A program made the position numbers and the translations under genes. From Ignavibacteriota bacterium (GTDB taxonomy: Bacteria > Bacteroidota > Ignavibacteria > Palsa-1295): a DNA stretch of 64,000 nt. The notes under the pieces are model-generated. The model ran no database searches. It saw only the letters and a program-made list of their open reading frames with translations, and had not been told where the DNA came from. Shown here one piece after another: positions 1-9,978 of this stretch (positions are counted from its first letter, which is position 1; each line of letters opens with the position of its first letter). Location of the stretch: contig CAVZOL010000009.1 in assembly GCA_963776895.1 (NCBI GenBank), forward strand, positions 324,147 to 388,146. The letters are read 5' to 3'.

Positions 1-43
1 ATTGGTCAAATAATGAATCTTCTATTAAGTCCCGATAAGTCCC

Positions 44-188
44 GAATGTCATCCTGAGCGGAGTTCGTCCGACCGGAGGGAGGGCGAACGGAGTCGAAGG
101 ATCTCATGTAGTTAAAGAGATCCTTCGACTCCGCAAAATGTAGTCCGCGGGGGGGACGGACTGCATTTTGCTCCGCTCAGAATGACAT
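44..188. repeat. MITE-like nested palindromic element (copy R1). Terminal inverted repeats GTCATCCTGAGCGGAG / CTCCGCTCAGAATGACA, with internal perfect hairpin CGGAGTCGAAGGATCTC...GAGATCCTTCGACTCCG
   Basis: Inverted termini and internal sub-palindromes read directly from the sequence. Similar copies occur at about 20965, 24701 and 59338. Confidence 0.7.
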
Positions 189-265
189 GGTAACTTAATT
201 AAATTCTCCTTAAAAAATCAATAACATCGCGGAACCGCTATTCGTTAACTCTCCGTTCTTGATGC

Positions 266-784
266 GTGAGCCGCATAATACCCATTTTTTTAGTACCACT
301 ATTGCTCGTGCTGATGTCGTGCGGCAACGATTACCCTCCTATCGACCCCTATTTCAGCTTTAATATCCCGCAGAGCGTTGTTTTCTCGCTCTCGAATACT
401 GCAAGCACTAATAAGGACACCACGCTGATCGCCGTTGGAAAGATCGACACCATGAATTACGTTCAGGATAGCAGTTCAGCGTATCTTTTGCATACTGCGG
501 AAGTGTGGAAGCTCACACTTCAATCGAGCAACGGTTTTACACTCGATCAATTAGGCTATGCGCGTATTCTCATCGGCACGGATACCGTTGCGTTCGATAC
601 GCTGCCTCCGCAATCGGCTATCGATACCACGCTCGTTCTGACGAAAACAGATATTACGCCATATATGAGAGATACTTCCTTCACGGCATCGCTCCTGTGC
701 CGGCTTAAAAGCGTTCCCGAAAATCCCGTTACGATCACCTGCAACATGACGGTAATTTATACATCAGCAGATCAAAATTTCTGA
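266..784 (+). CDS. hypothetical lipoprotein (signal peptide with lipobox LMSC)
   Basis: 172-aa ORF with N-terminal hydrophobic segment followed by Cys. No recognisable family. Confidence 0.5.
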   Translation: MSRIIPIFLVPLLLVLMSCGNDYPPIDPYFSFNIPQSVVFSLSNTASTNKDTTLIAVGKIDTMNYVQDSSSAYLLHTAEVWKLTLQSSNGFTLDQLGYARILIGTDTVAFDTLPPQSAIDTTLVLTKTDITPYMRDTSFTASLLCRLKSVPENPVTITCNMTVIYTSADQNF

Positions 785-786
785 AC

Positions 787-1831
787 ATGAGCGTCCTGCA
801 AGTTCGCGAATCGAAATCCAACGTTCTGACCTACGAAAAAGCCGGAGTGAATATCGACGCCGGCGAAGAATTGGTACGCAATATCAAGCCCATCGTCCGG
901 AAGACGTTTAATGCTCGCGTCCTCACGGATATTGGCGGTTTTGGCGGACTCTTCGATGCGCGCTTTCCGGACATGAAATTCCCAGTCCTTGTATCGAGCA
1001 CCGATGGCGTTGGAACGAAAATAAAAGTCGCGATCGAGTCCCACCGGCATAATACTGTTGGGCAGGACTTAGTCAATCATTGCGTAAACGATATTCTTGT
1101 CTGCGGTGCGCGTCCCCTGTTTTTCCTCGATTATTTCGCTGCCGGGAAACTACAGGTGTATGTTGCGGAGTCAGTGATCGGCGGGCTTGCGAAAGCATGC
1201 GAGGAGAATGGCTGCGCACTCATTGGCGGCGAGACCGCCGAAATGCCAGGAATTTATATGGGCGAGGATTACGATCTCGCTGGAACCATCGTCGGCGTTG
1301 CGGAACGCGACCGAATGTTCAACCGCGAAAATGTGCGTGAGGCCGATGTGCTCATCGGCCTTCCGAGCACTGGGCTGCATACCAATGGTTACAGCCTTGC
1401 CCGAAAGGCGCTGCTTTCAAAATATTTGCTCGATAACCTACTGCCGAGCGGCGAAACGCTTGCAGATGCCCTGCTGAAGGTGCATCGCTCTTACCTGCGG
1501 CCCGTGCAACATCTGCTCGAAACATTTTCGCCAACGGAGGATATTCATGCCCTTAGCCATATCACGGGAGGCGGAATCGTTGGAAATACTTCCCGCGTAG
1601 TTCCATCGGGGCTTTCGCTCGAATATAAATTGGAATGCCTGGAATCGTTTGCCGATCTTCCAACTGATCCAAGAGACAGGAAATATCCCTGAGGAAGAAA
1701 TGCGCCGGGCATTCAATCTGGGCATTGGGCTTATCATGATCGTTGCTAACGACCGGGCGGATGCGATAGAAAAAGCTCTCAAGGATTTTGGCGAAGCGCC
1801 TGTTAGGATCGGCAATGTTGTCCCTGCTTGA
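787..1831 (+). CDS. purM: phosphoribosylformylglycinamidine cyclo-ligase (AIR synthetase), interrupted by a +1 frameshift near 1636
   Basis: N-terminal 301-aa ORF (787..1692) carries PurM motifs (DIGGFGGLF, GVGTKIK). The C-terminal segment PIFQLIQETGNIPEEEMRRAFNLGIGLIMIV (1649..1831) lies in the next frame and aligns with E. coli PurM [31 protein letters not shown]. Total length about 348 aa equals intact PurM. Confidence 0.85.
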
Positions 1832-3626
1832 AGATTTGGAGGTTGTAAACGATTCGCTTGACCGAGTCCTTAAAACTCGCTTTCATCTGGATGGTTTTCG
1901 CCCGATGCAGCGCGAAGCTATCGAAGCGACGCTGGCCGACCGCGATGCGCTCGTTGTAATGCCAACGGGCGGCGGAAAATCGCTGTGTTATCAGCTTCCG
2001 GCACTGCTTTTACCTGGAATCACCCTGGTTATTTCGCCACTGATAGCACTCATGAAAGATCAGGTGGATCGTCTTCGCAAACTTGGTATCAGCGCAGTAG
2101 CGCTTAATAGCACGCTTACGTATGCCGAAACTCGTGCACTCGTTCGCCGCGCGCGAACCGGGGAGATCAAATTAGTTTTTGCTGCGCCGGAGCGGCTGGA
2201 ATCCAATATCTTCCGTGAGGAACTTTCGGCGCTTCCCATTTCACTGCTTGCGATCGACGAAGCGCATTGCATCAGCCAATGGGGACATGATTTCCGCACT
2301 TCCTACCGGCGTATTCCGGATGTCTATGAAATGCTTGACGATGGGCACCGTCCGCCCATTATTGCGCTTACCGCTACGGCGACACCTGAAGTTCGAGCAG
2401 ATATTTCACTCTTGCTTCAACTGAAAGACCCGCTTGAAATTGTTACCGGATTCGAACGGCCCAATATCGCCTATGGTGTGCTGAGAGAGTGCGACAAAGA
2501 TACACGTCTCCGCGACATTCTCTCTTCGATCGATCAGGGAACTGCTATTGTGTATGCGGCAACGCGAAAATCGGTCGATAAAATTACGCTGCATCTTCAA
2601 CAACGCGGATTCACGGCCGAATCTTATCATGCCGGAATCCCGCTTGCGGCACGGCGTCAGGTACAGGAACGATTTCATTCCGCAGAAACACGCGTCATCG
2701 TGGCAACAAGCGCGTTCGGGATGGGTATCGACAAAGCCGACGTTCGCGCCGTTATCCATTACGATGTTCCAGGCTCGCTCGAAGCGTATTATCAGGAGTC
2801 CGGCCGCGCCGGACGCGATGGCGAGCGTGCCCACGCCATATTATTCTATAACGAAGGCGACCGGAACATGCAGGAATCCATGCTCCGATCAAGCTCACCA
2901 ACAGAAGAGGAAGTTAAATCGACTTATACCGCGCTGCACGAAATTGCAGGCACGCCGGTAGGCGCGATGTATCAGGGAATTCTTGTCATACAAAGCGAGC
3001 AGATTCAGGAGCGCATGGCCCGCACATTGACGATGGGACGCGCTTCTATCGAATCAATTATAGAGGCGTTGGTGCGATCTGGACACGTTGAATGGCACCG
3101 CACGATGGCAAACGATGCTCGCGCTCGCATCCGTTTCACCGCTACGCGCGCGCGCGTGGATGAGATCAGCTTCAAGACTGCGAACAAAGGCGTAAAACGC
3201 ACGATCTCGGCATTGCTCCGCACGCTTGGAGGCTCGAACGCGTTCGAACAGGAAGTATTTCTCGACACCGATGCGCTTCTCGAAAGCCACGACCTCGACA
3301 GAGATGAATTTAAACTTGCCATTCGTACTATCGAAGGATTAGGACTCGTGCGTTACATTCCCGCGATGAAATCTAAAATGATGAACGAAGTATTTCATCT
3401 TTCACTCATCACGGAACGATCAGCCGTTCAACATCTCAATGTGGGCGGCAAAGCCCTTGAAGCGCGCTATGAGGCAAACCGCGCGAAGCTGGACGCCATG
3501 ATCGCGTATGCCGTAGAATGGAATTGCCGCCAAAATACCATCCTGAATTATTTCGGCGAGCGCCGATCTAAAACCCGCTGCGGCATTTGTGATGTGTGCA
3601 CTGCCAGCGAACGCGGAAGGATCTAA
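1815..3626 (+). CDS. recQ: ATP-dependent DNA helicase RecQ
   Basis: 612-aa ORF with LxxxFGFxxFRPxQ, Walker A (PTGGGKSLCYQLPA) and DEAH-type motif (AIDEAHCISQWGHDFR), plus zinc-binding and HRDC-like C-terminus. Start taken at the internal Met overlapping the purM end. Confidence 0.9.
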   Translation: MLSLLEDLEVVNDSLDRVLKTRFHLDGFRPMQREAIEATLADRDALVVMPTGGGKSLCYQLPALLLPGITLVISPLIALMKDQVDRLRKLGISAVALNSTLTYAETRALVRRARTGEIKLVFAAPERLESNIFREELSALPISLLAIDEAHCISQWGHDFRTSYRRIPDVYEMLDDGHRPPIIALTATATPEVRADISLLLQLKDPLEIVTGFERPNIAYGVLRECDKDTRLRDILSSIDQGTAIVYAATRKSVDKITLHLQQRGFTAESYHAGIPLAARRQVQERFHSAETRVIVATSAFGMGIDKADVRAVIHYDVPGSLEAYYQESGRAGRDGERAHAILFYNEGDRNMQESMLRSSSPTEEEVKSTYTALHEIAGTPVGAMYQGILVIQSEQIQERMARTLTMGRASIESIIEALVRSGHVEWHRTMANDARARIRFTATRARVDEISFKTANKGVKRTISALLRTLGGSNAFEQEVFLDTDALLESHDLDRDEFKLAIRTIEGLGLVRYIPAMKSKMMNEVFHLSLITERSAVQHLNVGGKALEARYEANRAKLDAMIAYAVEWNCRQNTILNYFGERRSKTRCGICDVCTASERGRI

Positions 3627-3644
3627 GTTCCTATGAGTTGAAAA

Positions 3645-3683
3645 AGCCCCCTCCTAAAGAAGGAGGGGGTTTGGGGGTGGTCC
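3645..3683. repeat. GC-rich hairpin element carrying an AAGGAGGGGG core (copy A, inverted orientation); doubles as recQ terminator
   Basis: GCCCCCTCCTAAAGAAGGAGGGGGTTTGGGGGTGGTCC; the reverse complement matches the copy at about 43065. Confidence 0.7.
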
Positions 3684-3699
3684 ATTTGACGCAGAACAA

Positions 3700-3731
3700 C
3701 CACCCCTGCCCCTCCTTCTTTAGGAGGGGGA
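3700..3731. repeat. GC-rich hairpin element copy A' (forward orientation); terminator for the convergent minus-strand gene
   Basis: CCACCCCTGCCCCTCCTTCTTTAGGAGGGGGAG, with a 10-bp stem CCCCTCCTTC/TAGGAGGGGG. Confidence 0.7.
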
Positions 3732-3748
3732 GTAATACAGTGAAGTTC

Positions 3749-4060
3749 CTATTTCTTCGCGACAGAGTCTTTCTTCGAGATCGAGTCATTTATGACTCCG
3801 AAGATCGCTTCAGTACGCTTGGCATCGTTCGCAAGAGCAACAGTCTTTGCCTTATAATCTGCGGCTGAAGTGTGATGCCTACGATAGACGGAATCAAGTG
3901 ATAGCTTGATCTGAGTAGAATCTTCCGTGGGAATGAAATTGGCGCGTGTTCGCAAAAGATCGAGCGTGGTTCTCACGTAATCGGTGTCTTCGTCGTTCAA
4001 GCTCGGCTTTCCACCGCAGGAAATGACTAAGAGGACGGAAAGGACTAAAATGTATTTCAT
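3749..4060 (-). CDS. hypothetical lipoprotein
   Basis: 103-aa ORF with signal peptide and ISCGG lipobox. Confidence 0.5.
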   Translation of the reverse strand: MKYILVLSVLLVISCGGKPSLNDEDTDYVRTTLDLLRTRANFIPTEDSTQIKLSLDSVYRRHHTSAADYKAKTVALANDAKRTEAIFGVINDSISKKDSVAKK

Positions 4061-5218
4061 AATGCGTTTAGTCCTCTATCAACATCTTCGAGAAGATCGC
4101 CAATATCTTCGATCCCAACACTTAATCGTATTAGCCCCTCCGTAATTCCCAGTTCTTGCCTGCGTTCTTCGGGAACGGAAGCATGCGTCATTGTTAACGG
4201 ATGGCACACCAGCGATTCCACCGCGCCCAAACTTTCACCAAGTGTAAAATACTTGAGAGCGCCAGTAAACTTTCGAGCGTTTTCTAAGCTTCCAAGCTCA
4301 ACAGAAACAATTCCTCCCGATCCTTTCATTTGCCGCAGCCCGAGTTGATACTGTGGATGTCCACTTAAACCTGCATAGTACACTTTCTTCACACGATCGT
4401 CTGAATGAAGCCGTTCGGCAATGATCAGCGCGTTTTCGCAATGCGCAGCGCATTCGAAGCGCAAGCGTTTTCACGCTGCGCAGCAACAGCCAGCAATCGA
4501 ATGGCGCGGGAACTGCGCCATACGCATTCTGATAAAATTTTATTTTCTCTGCGATCTCTGCGTTCGAGGTCACCAGCGCACCACCAAGAACATCCGAATG
4601 ACCGCCGATATATTTTGTTGCCGAGTGCAGCACAACATCGATCCCAAAATCCAGCGGATTCTGCAAATAGGGAGACATGAACGTGTTATCTACCACCGTT
4701 AGAATACTCCGTTCCCTCCCGAGCTTGCCAAGTGCAGCAAGATCCGTCAGGTTCATCATCGGATTGGTTGGGGTTTCCGCATATATGAGACTTGTGTTCG
4801 ATCTAATCGCGTTTTCCGCTGATTCCATGCGACCCATGGGTCCTGCGGGGCTCATATTCACATAAGAAATTTCTATTCCGAAATTACTTAGTATTTTTGA
4901 TAAATACCGATACGTTCCACCATACATATCGCTGCCAGCGATGACGTGCTCACCGGGTTTCACCAGCGAAAGCGCCGCCGCAATAGCAGACATTCCGGAA
5001 GCGAACGCAAACCCATACTTCCCATTTTCAAGCGCAGCGATATTTGTTTCCCAAGCTTCGCGGGTCGGGTTGATGGTGCGTCCATAATCGTATTTCACAT
5101 GCTCGCCGAGCGTGTGCTGCGCGTAAGTGGTACTTTGAAAAATAGGAACTGTAACGGCGCCGGTGCGCGCTTCGGGTTCCTGTCCTGCATGGATGGCATT
5201 GGTGCTAAAGCCTGGCAT
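4057..5218 (-). CDS. Cys/Met-metabolism PLP-dependent enzyme (cystathionine gamma-synthase/lyase or O-acetylhomoserine sulfhydrylase family), interrupted by a 1-nt frameshift near 4465
   Basis: ORF 4298..5218 carries family motifs (SATKYIGGHSDVLGG, DCWLLLRSVKTLALRM). ORF 4057..4464 continues the same protein in another frame (HCENALIIAERL...RLSVGIEDIGDL). Seven nucleotides span a junction where 6 are expected. Confidence 0.8.
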
Positions 5219-5385
5219 GGTCTCTGAATCTCTATTATTTATTTCGGAAGTTCTCTAATTTACTTCTGAAGTTCTATCAAAAAGCAGAATTGGCACGGTT
5301 CGTTTCAATTTCATTGCGAAGGCCGCAGAGAAAGCACGTTCGTTTCTCGAATGTTTCGTTATCCCTCGCTGTTCGAGCATTTTAG

Positions 5386-6240
5386 ATGGATGCTCTCGTC
5401 ACGGCGCTGCGGGTACTGCTTCCCGTCGTGTATGGCGGGCTGGTGGTCTATTTTGCGCGCACATTTTTCCGATCGGTCAGCCAAGTGGAGCGGCTGAAAT
5501 ACGCCGTACCCGCAGCATATCTCACGCTTGCACTCCACGCCATCTATATCGGAGCATATACGGCGGAATACCATCACGACCTCGTCGCAACGGTTTTTGA
5601 GCTTTTTTCGCTGATCGCGTTCACACTGCTTGCCGTGTATGTGTTTGCAGAGTTGCGCACTTCACAAGAAACTTCAGGAACTGGTTTTTTTGTCACAGCG
5701 GTCTGTTTCGTATTGCAATTAGTGTCTTCTCTGACAAATTCCGGCGAAGCTATTCCGGAGACCAAAGCAATCCTGCGCGACCCGATTTTCAATCTCCATG
5801 TCACGACTTCCGTGTTCGGCTATGCGGCATTAATGCTTGCAGCGATCTATGGTAGTTTGTATTTGCTGCTATTTCACGCGATTCGCCGAAATCACTATGG
5901 CGCTATTTTCGAGCACATTCCAAGCCTGGAACGATTAGAACGCTTCGGACTGCGCGCAACCGCGTTCGGATTTATTTTTCTTACGCTCTCGATCGTGCTC
6001 GGAGCTATACTTTATACCAGAATTCCGTTGGAAGTTACCACATCTCAATTCTTGCTTGACCCCAAAGTGCTGACCACGCTGCTCGTCTGGCTCGTCTTTG
6101 GCGCCACGCTGCTGGTGCGCCGAGTCATGCATATCGAAGGGCGTAAGCTGGTCCTGTTTTGGATGTCAGGATTTGCGCTGACCCTCGTTTCCATGACCAT
6201 CGTGAATTGGGTGGGCACGGCGTTCCATAGTTTCTTGTAA
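5386..6240 (+). CDS. polytopic membrane protein, cytochrome c assembly (CcsA/HemX-like) family, immediately upstream of hemA
   Basis: 284 aa with about 8 predicted TM helices. Position and size resemble B. subtilis hemX upstream of hemA. No WWD motif seen, so assignment is tentative. Confidence 0.45.
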   Translation: MDALVTALRVLLPVVYGGLVVYFARTFFRSVSQVERLKYAVPAAYLTLALHAIYIGAYTAEYHHDLVATVFELFSLIAFTLLAVYVFAELRTSQETSGTGFFVTAVCFVLQLVSSLTNSGEAIPETKAILRDPIFNLHVTTSVFGYAALMLAAIYGSLYLLLFHAIRRNHYGAIFEHIPSLERLERFGLRATAFGFIFLTLSIVLGAILYTRIPLEVTTSQFLLDPKVLTTLLVWLVFGATLLVRRVMHIEGRKLVLFWMSGFALTLVSMTIVNWVGTAFHSFL

Positions 6241-6280
6241 AACCACCCCCTGCCCCCTCCTTGAAAAGGAGGGGGAAAAT
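6241..6280. repeat. GC-rich hairpin element copy B, 3 nt upstream of the hemA ATG
   Basis: AACCACCCCCTGCCCCCTCCTTGAAAAGGAGGGGGAAAAT; the GGAGG core sits about 11 nt before the ATG at 6283. Confidence 0.7.
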
Positions 6281-6282
6281 AA

Positions 6283-7590
6283 ATGTCACAGAACTTTATT
6301 GCCGTCAGTATCTCGCACCATCGCGCACCCATCGAGGTGCGCGAACGATTGCAGCTTTCGAACGATGAGATACGCGCGCTGCTTCAGGATATTCGAGCGA
6401 ATGCAGAAGCAGTAGTGCTCTCCACTTGCAACCGGACAGAAATATATGCCATTCCCATCGATGGACAACAGGTTGAAAGCCACGCACTCGTCATACCAAT
6501 TTTCGCTGCTAAAGGGTTGCCAGATGAATCCCATCCGTCCTATTCGTCATTTTTTGAGACCCTACATTCGCACTTTGCTATTCGCCATCTTTTTAGAGTT
6601 ATCGCCGGGATTGATTCCCAGATAATCGGCGATCAGCAGATATTTGCACAGGTGAAAGACGCATTTCGCTTAAGCGAAGAAACCGGATCGATCGGAAGTT
6701 TTTTCAGCAAACTTTCGCAGGCATCATTCCGTGTTGCAAAGCGCGTCATCACCGAAACAACGCTCACAGAAGGCGCGGCAACTATTTCATACGCAGCAGT
6801 TGAATTCGCGCGAAAAATTTATGACGATCTGAAATCCCGTCATATCCTCATAATCGGAGCGGGCGAAACAGGTGAGCTGGCTGCAAAACATTTCGTAGAA
6901 CGAAAAGCAGGGCGCGTGACGATCGCTAATCGAAGCGCAGAACGCGCCCGCGAAATGCTCGATAGGATCCAGGAAGAATCTGCATCCACGCAATGCGAGA
7001 TCATTTCGCTCGGGGAATTGGAGAATTCGCTGCCGAAAGCAGATATTATCCTCAGCGCAACCTCCGCTCCCGATTATGTACTGACCGAGCCAATGATGAA
7101 GGCCGCAATGGAAGAGCGAAAATCCTCCTCGCCACTCGTAATGATCGACATTGCTGTCCCGCGCGACATTGATCCTGCCATTGCTTCCCTCTCAAATATT
7201 TTTTTGAAAGACATTGACGACCTTCAAACGATCGTCGATCGAAATACCGAACGCCGACGCCTGGAAATTCCAAAAGCAGAAGCTATAATCGAAGAAGAAC
7301 TATCACGATTTCTGGAATCACTTTCTCGACTCGAAGCAGGGCCGACGATCAAAGCGCTTCGTGAAAAATTCGAGGCCGTGCGTACTGAAGAACTCGAACG
7401 CAATCGCGCCAAACTCGATGACCGCGCGTTTGCTGCTATGGATGACATGTCGAGAAAAATGATGAACAGGTTGCTGCACGAACCAGTCACTGCGATCAAA
7501 GAATCCGGCAATGACGCAGCGGGTTCCCTGACGCGCATTGAACTGATACGAAAATATTCCGGCTGGACAAAGCATAGTTTTAAAACATGA
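6283..7590 (+). CDS. hemA: glutamyl-tRNA reductase
   Basis: 435 aa. N-terminal IAVSISHHRAPIEVRE, catalytic Cys in LSTCNRTEIY and NADPH-binding GAGETGELAAKHF are HemA hallmarks. Confidence 0.9.
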   Translation: MSQNFIAVSISHHRAPIEVRERLQLSNDEIRALLQDIRANAEAVVLSTCNRTEIYAIPIDGQQVESHALVIPIFAAKGLPDESHPSYSSFFETLHSHFAIRHLFRVIAGIDSQIIGDQQIFAQVKDAFRLSEETGSIGSFFSKLSQASFRVAKRVITETTLTEGAATISYAAVEFARKIYDDLKSRHILIIGAGETGELAAKHFVERKAGRVTIANRSAERAREMLDRIQEESASTQCEIISLGELENSLPKADIILSATSAPDYVLTEPMMKAAMEERKSSSPLVMIDIAVPRDIDPAIASLSNIFLKDIDDLQTIVDRNTERRRLEIPKAEAIIEEELSRFLESLSRLEAGPTIKALREKFEAVRTEELERNRAKLDDRAFAAMDDMSRKMMNRLLHEPVTAIKESGNDAAGSLTRIELIRKYSGWTKHSFKT

Positions 7591-7593
7591 AAA

Positions 7594-7622
7594 GCCGGGA
7601 AGTAACCTCCCCGGCTTTCTAA
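7594..7622. terminator. bidirectional hairpin between hemA (+) and Hsp20 (-)
   Basis: AAAGCCGGG-aagtaacct-CCCCGGCTTT perfect stem. Confidence 0.6.
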
Positions 7623-7633
7623 TGATCATCGCA

Positions 7634-8170
7634 TTAGTTCAGACTTGCCGCCATAGCGCGCTTTTCGTAGCCATTGGTGATCTTGGTATGACCGTTGCCG
7701 ATAAAGAGCTCATTCCCCATCTTGATCGGGATCTCGCGCTCCTTTAGTTTTGATGGCTCCAATTTCGGTACCGTGATCTCCAGCACGCCATTGGCAAAGT
7801 TCGCCTGAATGTCCTCTTCTTTCACTCCCTCAGGCAGCGAGAACTGTCGCACGAATTCTCCATAAGAACGTTCCATGCGATAGAAACTGCGGTCCTGATG
7901 TTCGCTTTCACGCTTTTTATCACCGCGAATAGTGACGACTCCCTCGCTGATCGAAAGCTTCACATCGCTCGCGGTAAGACCCGGAAGTTCAGCGACAATA
8001 TAGAAATTATCTTTGTCCTCATTGATGTCCACGGTAGGCAGGAATGCACTCTGCGTGGTCAGTTGAGGAAAGTTAAAGAAGTTGCGGTCGAATTCTTCGA
8101 ACAGCTTACGCATGTTGCGTTGAGCGAACTCGAGTCCGTTGCGTGGATTTTCCCATTTTATTAATGACAT
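7634..8170 (-). CDS. Hsp20/alpha-crystallin family small heat-shock protein
   Basis: Alpha-crystallin domain (FLPTVDINEDKDNFYIVAELPGL...ANFANGVLEITVPK). Start chosen at MSLIKW preceded by AAAGGAAACAAT; an alternative ATG lies 15 nt upstream at 8185. Confidence 0.85.
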   Translation of the reverse strand: MSLIKWENPRNGLEFAQRNMRKLFEEFDRNFFNFPQLTTQSAFLPTVDINEDKDNFYIVAELPGLTASDVKLSISEGVVTIRGDKKRESEHQDRSFYRMERSYGEFVRQFSLPEGVKEEDIQANFANGVLEITVPKLEPSKLKEREIPIKMGNELFIGNGHTKITNGYEKRAMAASLN

Positions 8171-8320
8171 ATTGTTTCCTTTCAAAAATGTTTATTTCCC
8201 TTCTTGTTAACTATATTAGAATTGAGAGGGTCAATTCTGCCCTCGATCAATACAATTCTATGCCAATCGTTATGCTATGCATTTTAGGGGTAGCACCCCT
8301 GCCAATTTTGACAGAGTTTT

Positions 8321-9973
8321 GTGCCAGCCATGAAATTTTTTCCCAGTAGTATGAAATTTTTTCAGCCATATCGTTGTCACTATGCAGAATATCTGTTTGC
8401 TTGGACTTCCTGGATGCTGACTGCACAACAACTCTATAATCTTGGCTTGACGAATGAGCAGAAAGGCGCGATCGACAAAGCGCTTCATTTCTACTCCAGT
8501 ATCATTGCATCCTGGCCGCAGGAAATGGCGCCGTATCATCGCCTTTCCGTGATCGCGCTTCAGCGCAGAGATCTGGGACAAGCGCTTGCCTGGACCGACA
8601 AAGCGATCGCCGTCAATGATAGTCTGGTCGAGATATGGAACAATCGTGCGCTCGCGCTCGCCGAGCTAAAGCGGTTTGAAGAGGCAGAGCAATCGTTTCA
8701 TCGCGCCATCTCGATCCAAGAAAATAATTGGGAGGCATTCTACAATTTGGGCAGAATGCTGCTGGTTCAAAAAAAATTCACCGAAGCATTACCCGCCATG
8801 CAGCGCGCCGCGGAACTCGATCCGTATTCCGCTCCCACGTTCAATAATCTCGGATTAGTGCTTCACGAACTCTATCGGTACGATGAAGCGATTGCAGCCT
8901 ACGACCACGCGCTTGAACTGGTTCCGGATTATCTCGAGTCGATGGCGAGCAAAGCAGCTTCCTATTACTTTGCGGGCCGGTTATCCGAAGCTGAATCTCA
9001 GTTCCGGCAAATTTTGGAGATCGCTCCTGACAACGCGGGCGTTCATTATGGGCTTGCATCGGCCTTGATGTCCAGTGGGAACCTGGCAGAGGGATTTAAA
9101 GAATTTGAATGGCGATGGAGAACTGCGGACTGGCCGCGCATTCGAAATTACCCCAATCAACCGCTTTGGAAAGGCGAACCGCTCAGCGGAGAAACACTGC
9201 TCGTGTGGAACGAACAAGGTGTTGGCGATACGATCCAGTTCATTCGATTCATTCACGATCTCGCAAAGCAAAATTGCGAGCTGATCGTTGAAGTGCAAAG
9301 TGAACTATACCGGCTTTTGATGGCATCGATCAGCTTGCCGAACGTGCGTTTGGCCCACACTGGCGCCAAACACGATTCTTTCGATATTCATTTACCCATG
9401 ATGAGCCTTCCGCGCCTGCTCGATGTTCGGTACGAAACGCTTCGGCAATTCAAACCGTACGTCCGCCCTCGCGGAGGGGAATTGGATGAATGGCGCCGTA
9501 AATTGAAATCCATAACACCTGTTGAGAATAGAAAACGAAAACGCATCGGACTTGTTTGGGCTGGGAACCCTGCGCATCCCTCCGACCGCAACCGCTCAAT
9601 GAACTGGGAAACGATCGCTCCAATTGTCATGACCCATAAAAAAAGATTTCAATTCTTCAGCCTGCAACCGGGCCAGCAACCGGATGATCCTGACGTTATT
9701 GATCTTGGAGATTCCTTACGCGATTATGCGGTAACCGCTGCTGTCATCGCTAATCTTGACCTTATAATTTCCGTGGATACTTCCATCGTTCATCTTGCCG
9801 GAGCCTTGGGCAAACGCGTATGGAATATGCTCTTCCATACACCGGATTGGCGCTGGATGACGGGCCTTGAGAATACTCCGTGGTACCCAAGTATGGCTCT
9901 TTTTTCTCAAAAACATCCCGGAGTTTGGGATGATGTAATTAAAGACATAAACGAGAACCTCGCCCTCGAATAA
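8321..9973 (+). CDS. TPR-repeat protein fused to a C-terminal glycosyltransferase family 9 (heptosyltransferase-like) domain
   Basis: N-terminal TPR repeats (residues about 40-250). C-terminal region has GT9-like motifs (LVWNEQGVGDTIQFIRF, RIGLVWAGNPAH, IISVDTSIVHLAGALG). Confidence 0.65.
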   Translation: MPAMKFFPSSMKFFQPYRCHYAEYLFAWTSWMLTAQQLYNLGLTNEQKGAIDKALHFYSSIIASWPQEMAPYHRLSVIALQRRDLGQALAWTDKAIAVNDSLVEIWNNRALALAELKRFEEAEQSFHRAISIQENNWEAFYNLGRMLLVQKKFTEALPAMQRAAELDPYSAPTFNNLGLVLHELYRYDEAIAAYDHALELVPDYLESMASKAASYYFAGRLSEAESQFRQILEIAPDNAGVHYGLASALMSSGNLAEGFKEFEWRWRTADWPRIRNYPNQPLWKGEPLSGETLLVWNEQGVGDTIQFIRFIHDLAKQNCELIVEVQSELYRLLMASISLPNVRLAHTGAKHDSFDIHLPMMSLPRLLDVRYETLRQFKPYVRPRGGELDEWRRKLKSITPVENRKRKRIGLVWAGNPAHPSDRNRSMNWETIAPIVMTHKKRFQFFSLQPGQQPDDPDVIDLGDSLRDYAVTAAVIANLDLIISVDTSIVHLAGALGKRVWNMLFHTPDWRWMTGLENTPWYPSMALFSQKHPGVWDDVIKDINENLALE

Positions 9974-9978
9974 TTCAA

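Noticed and set aside
8186-8320. CIRCE/HrcA operator upstream of the Hsp20 gene
   Set aside because: The inverted repeat present (GAGGG-N11-CCCTC) does not match the CIRCE consensus TTAGCACTC-N9-GAGTGCTAA.
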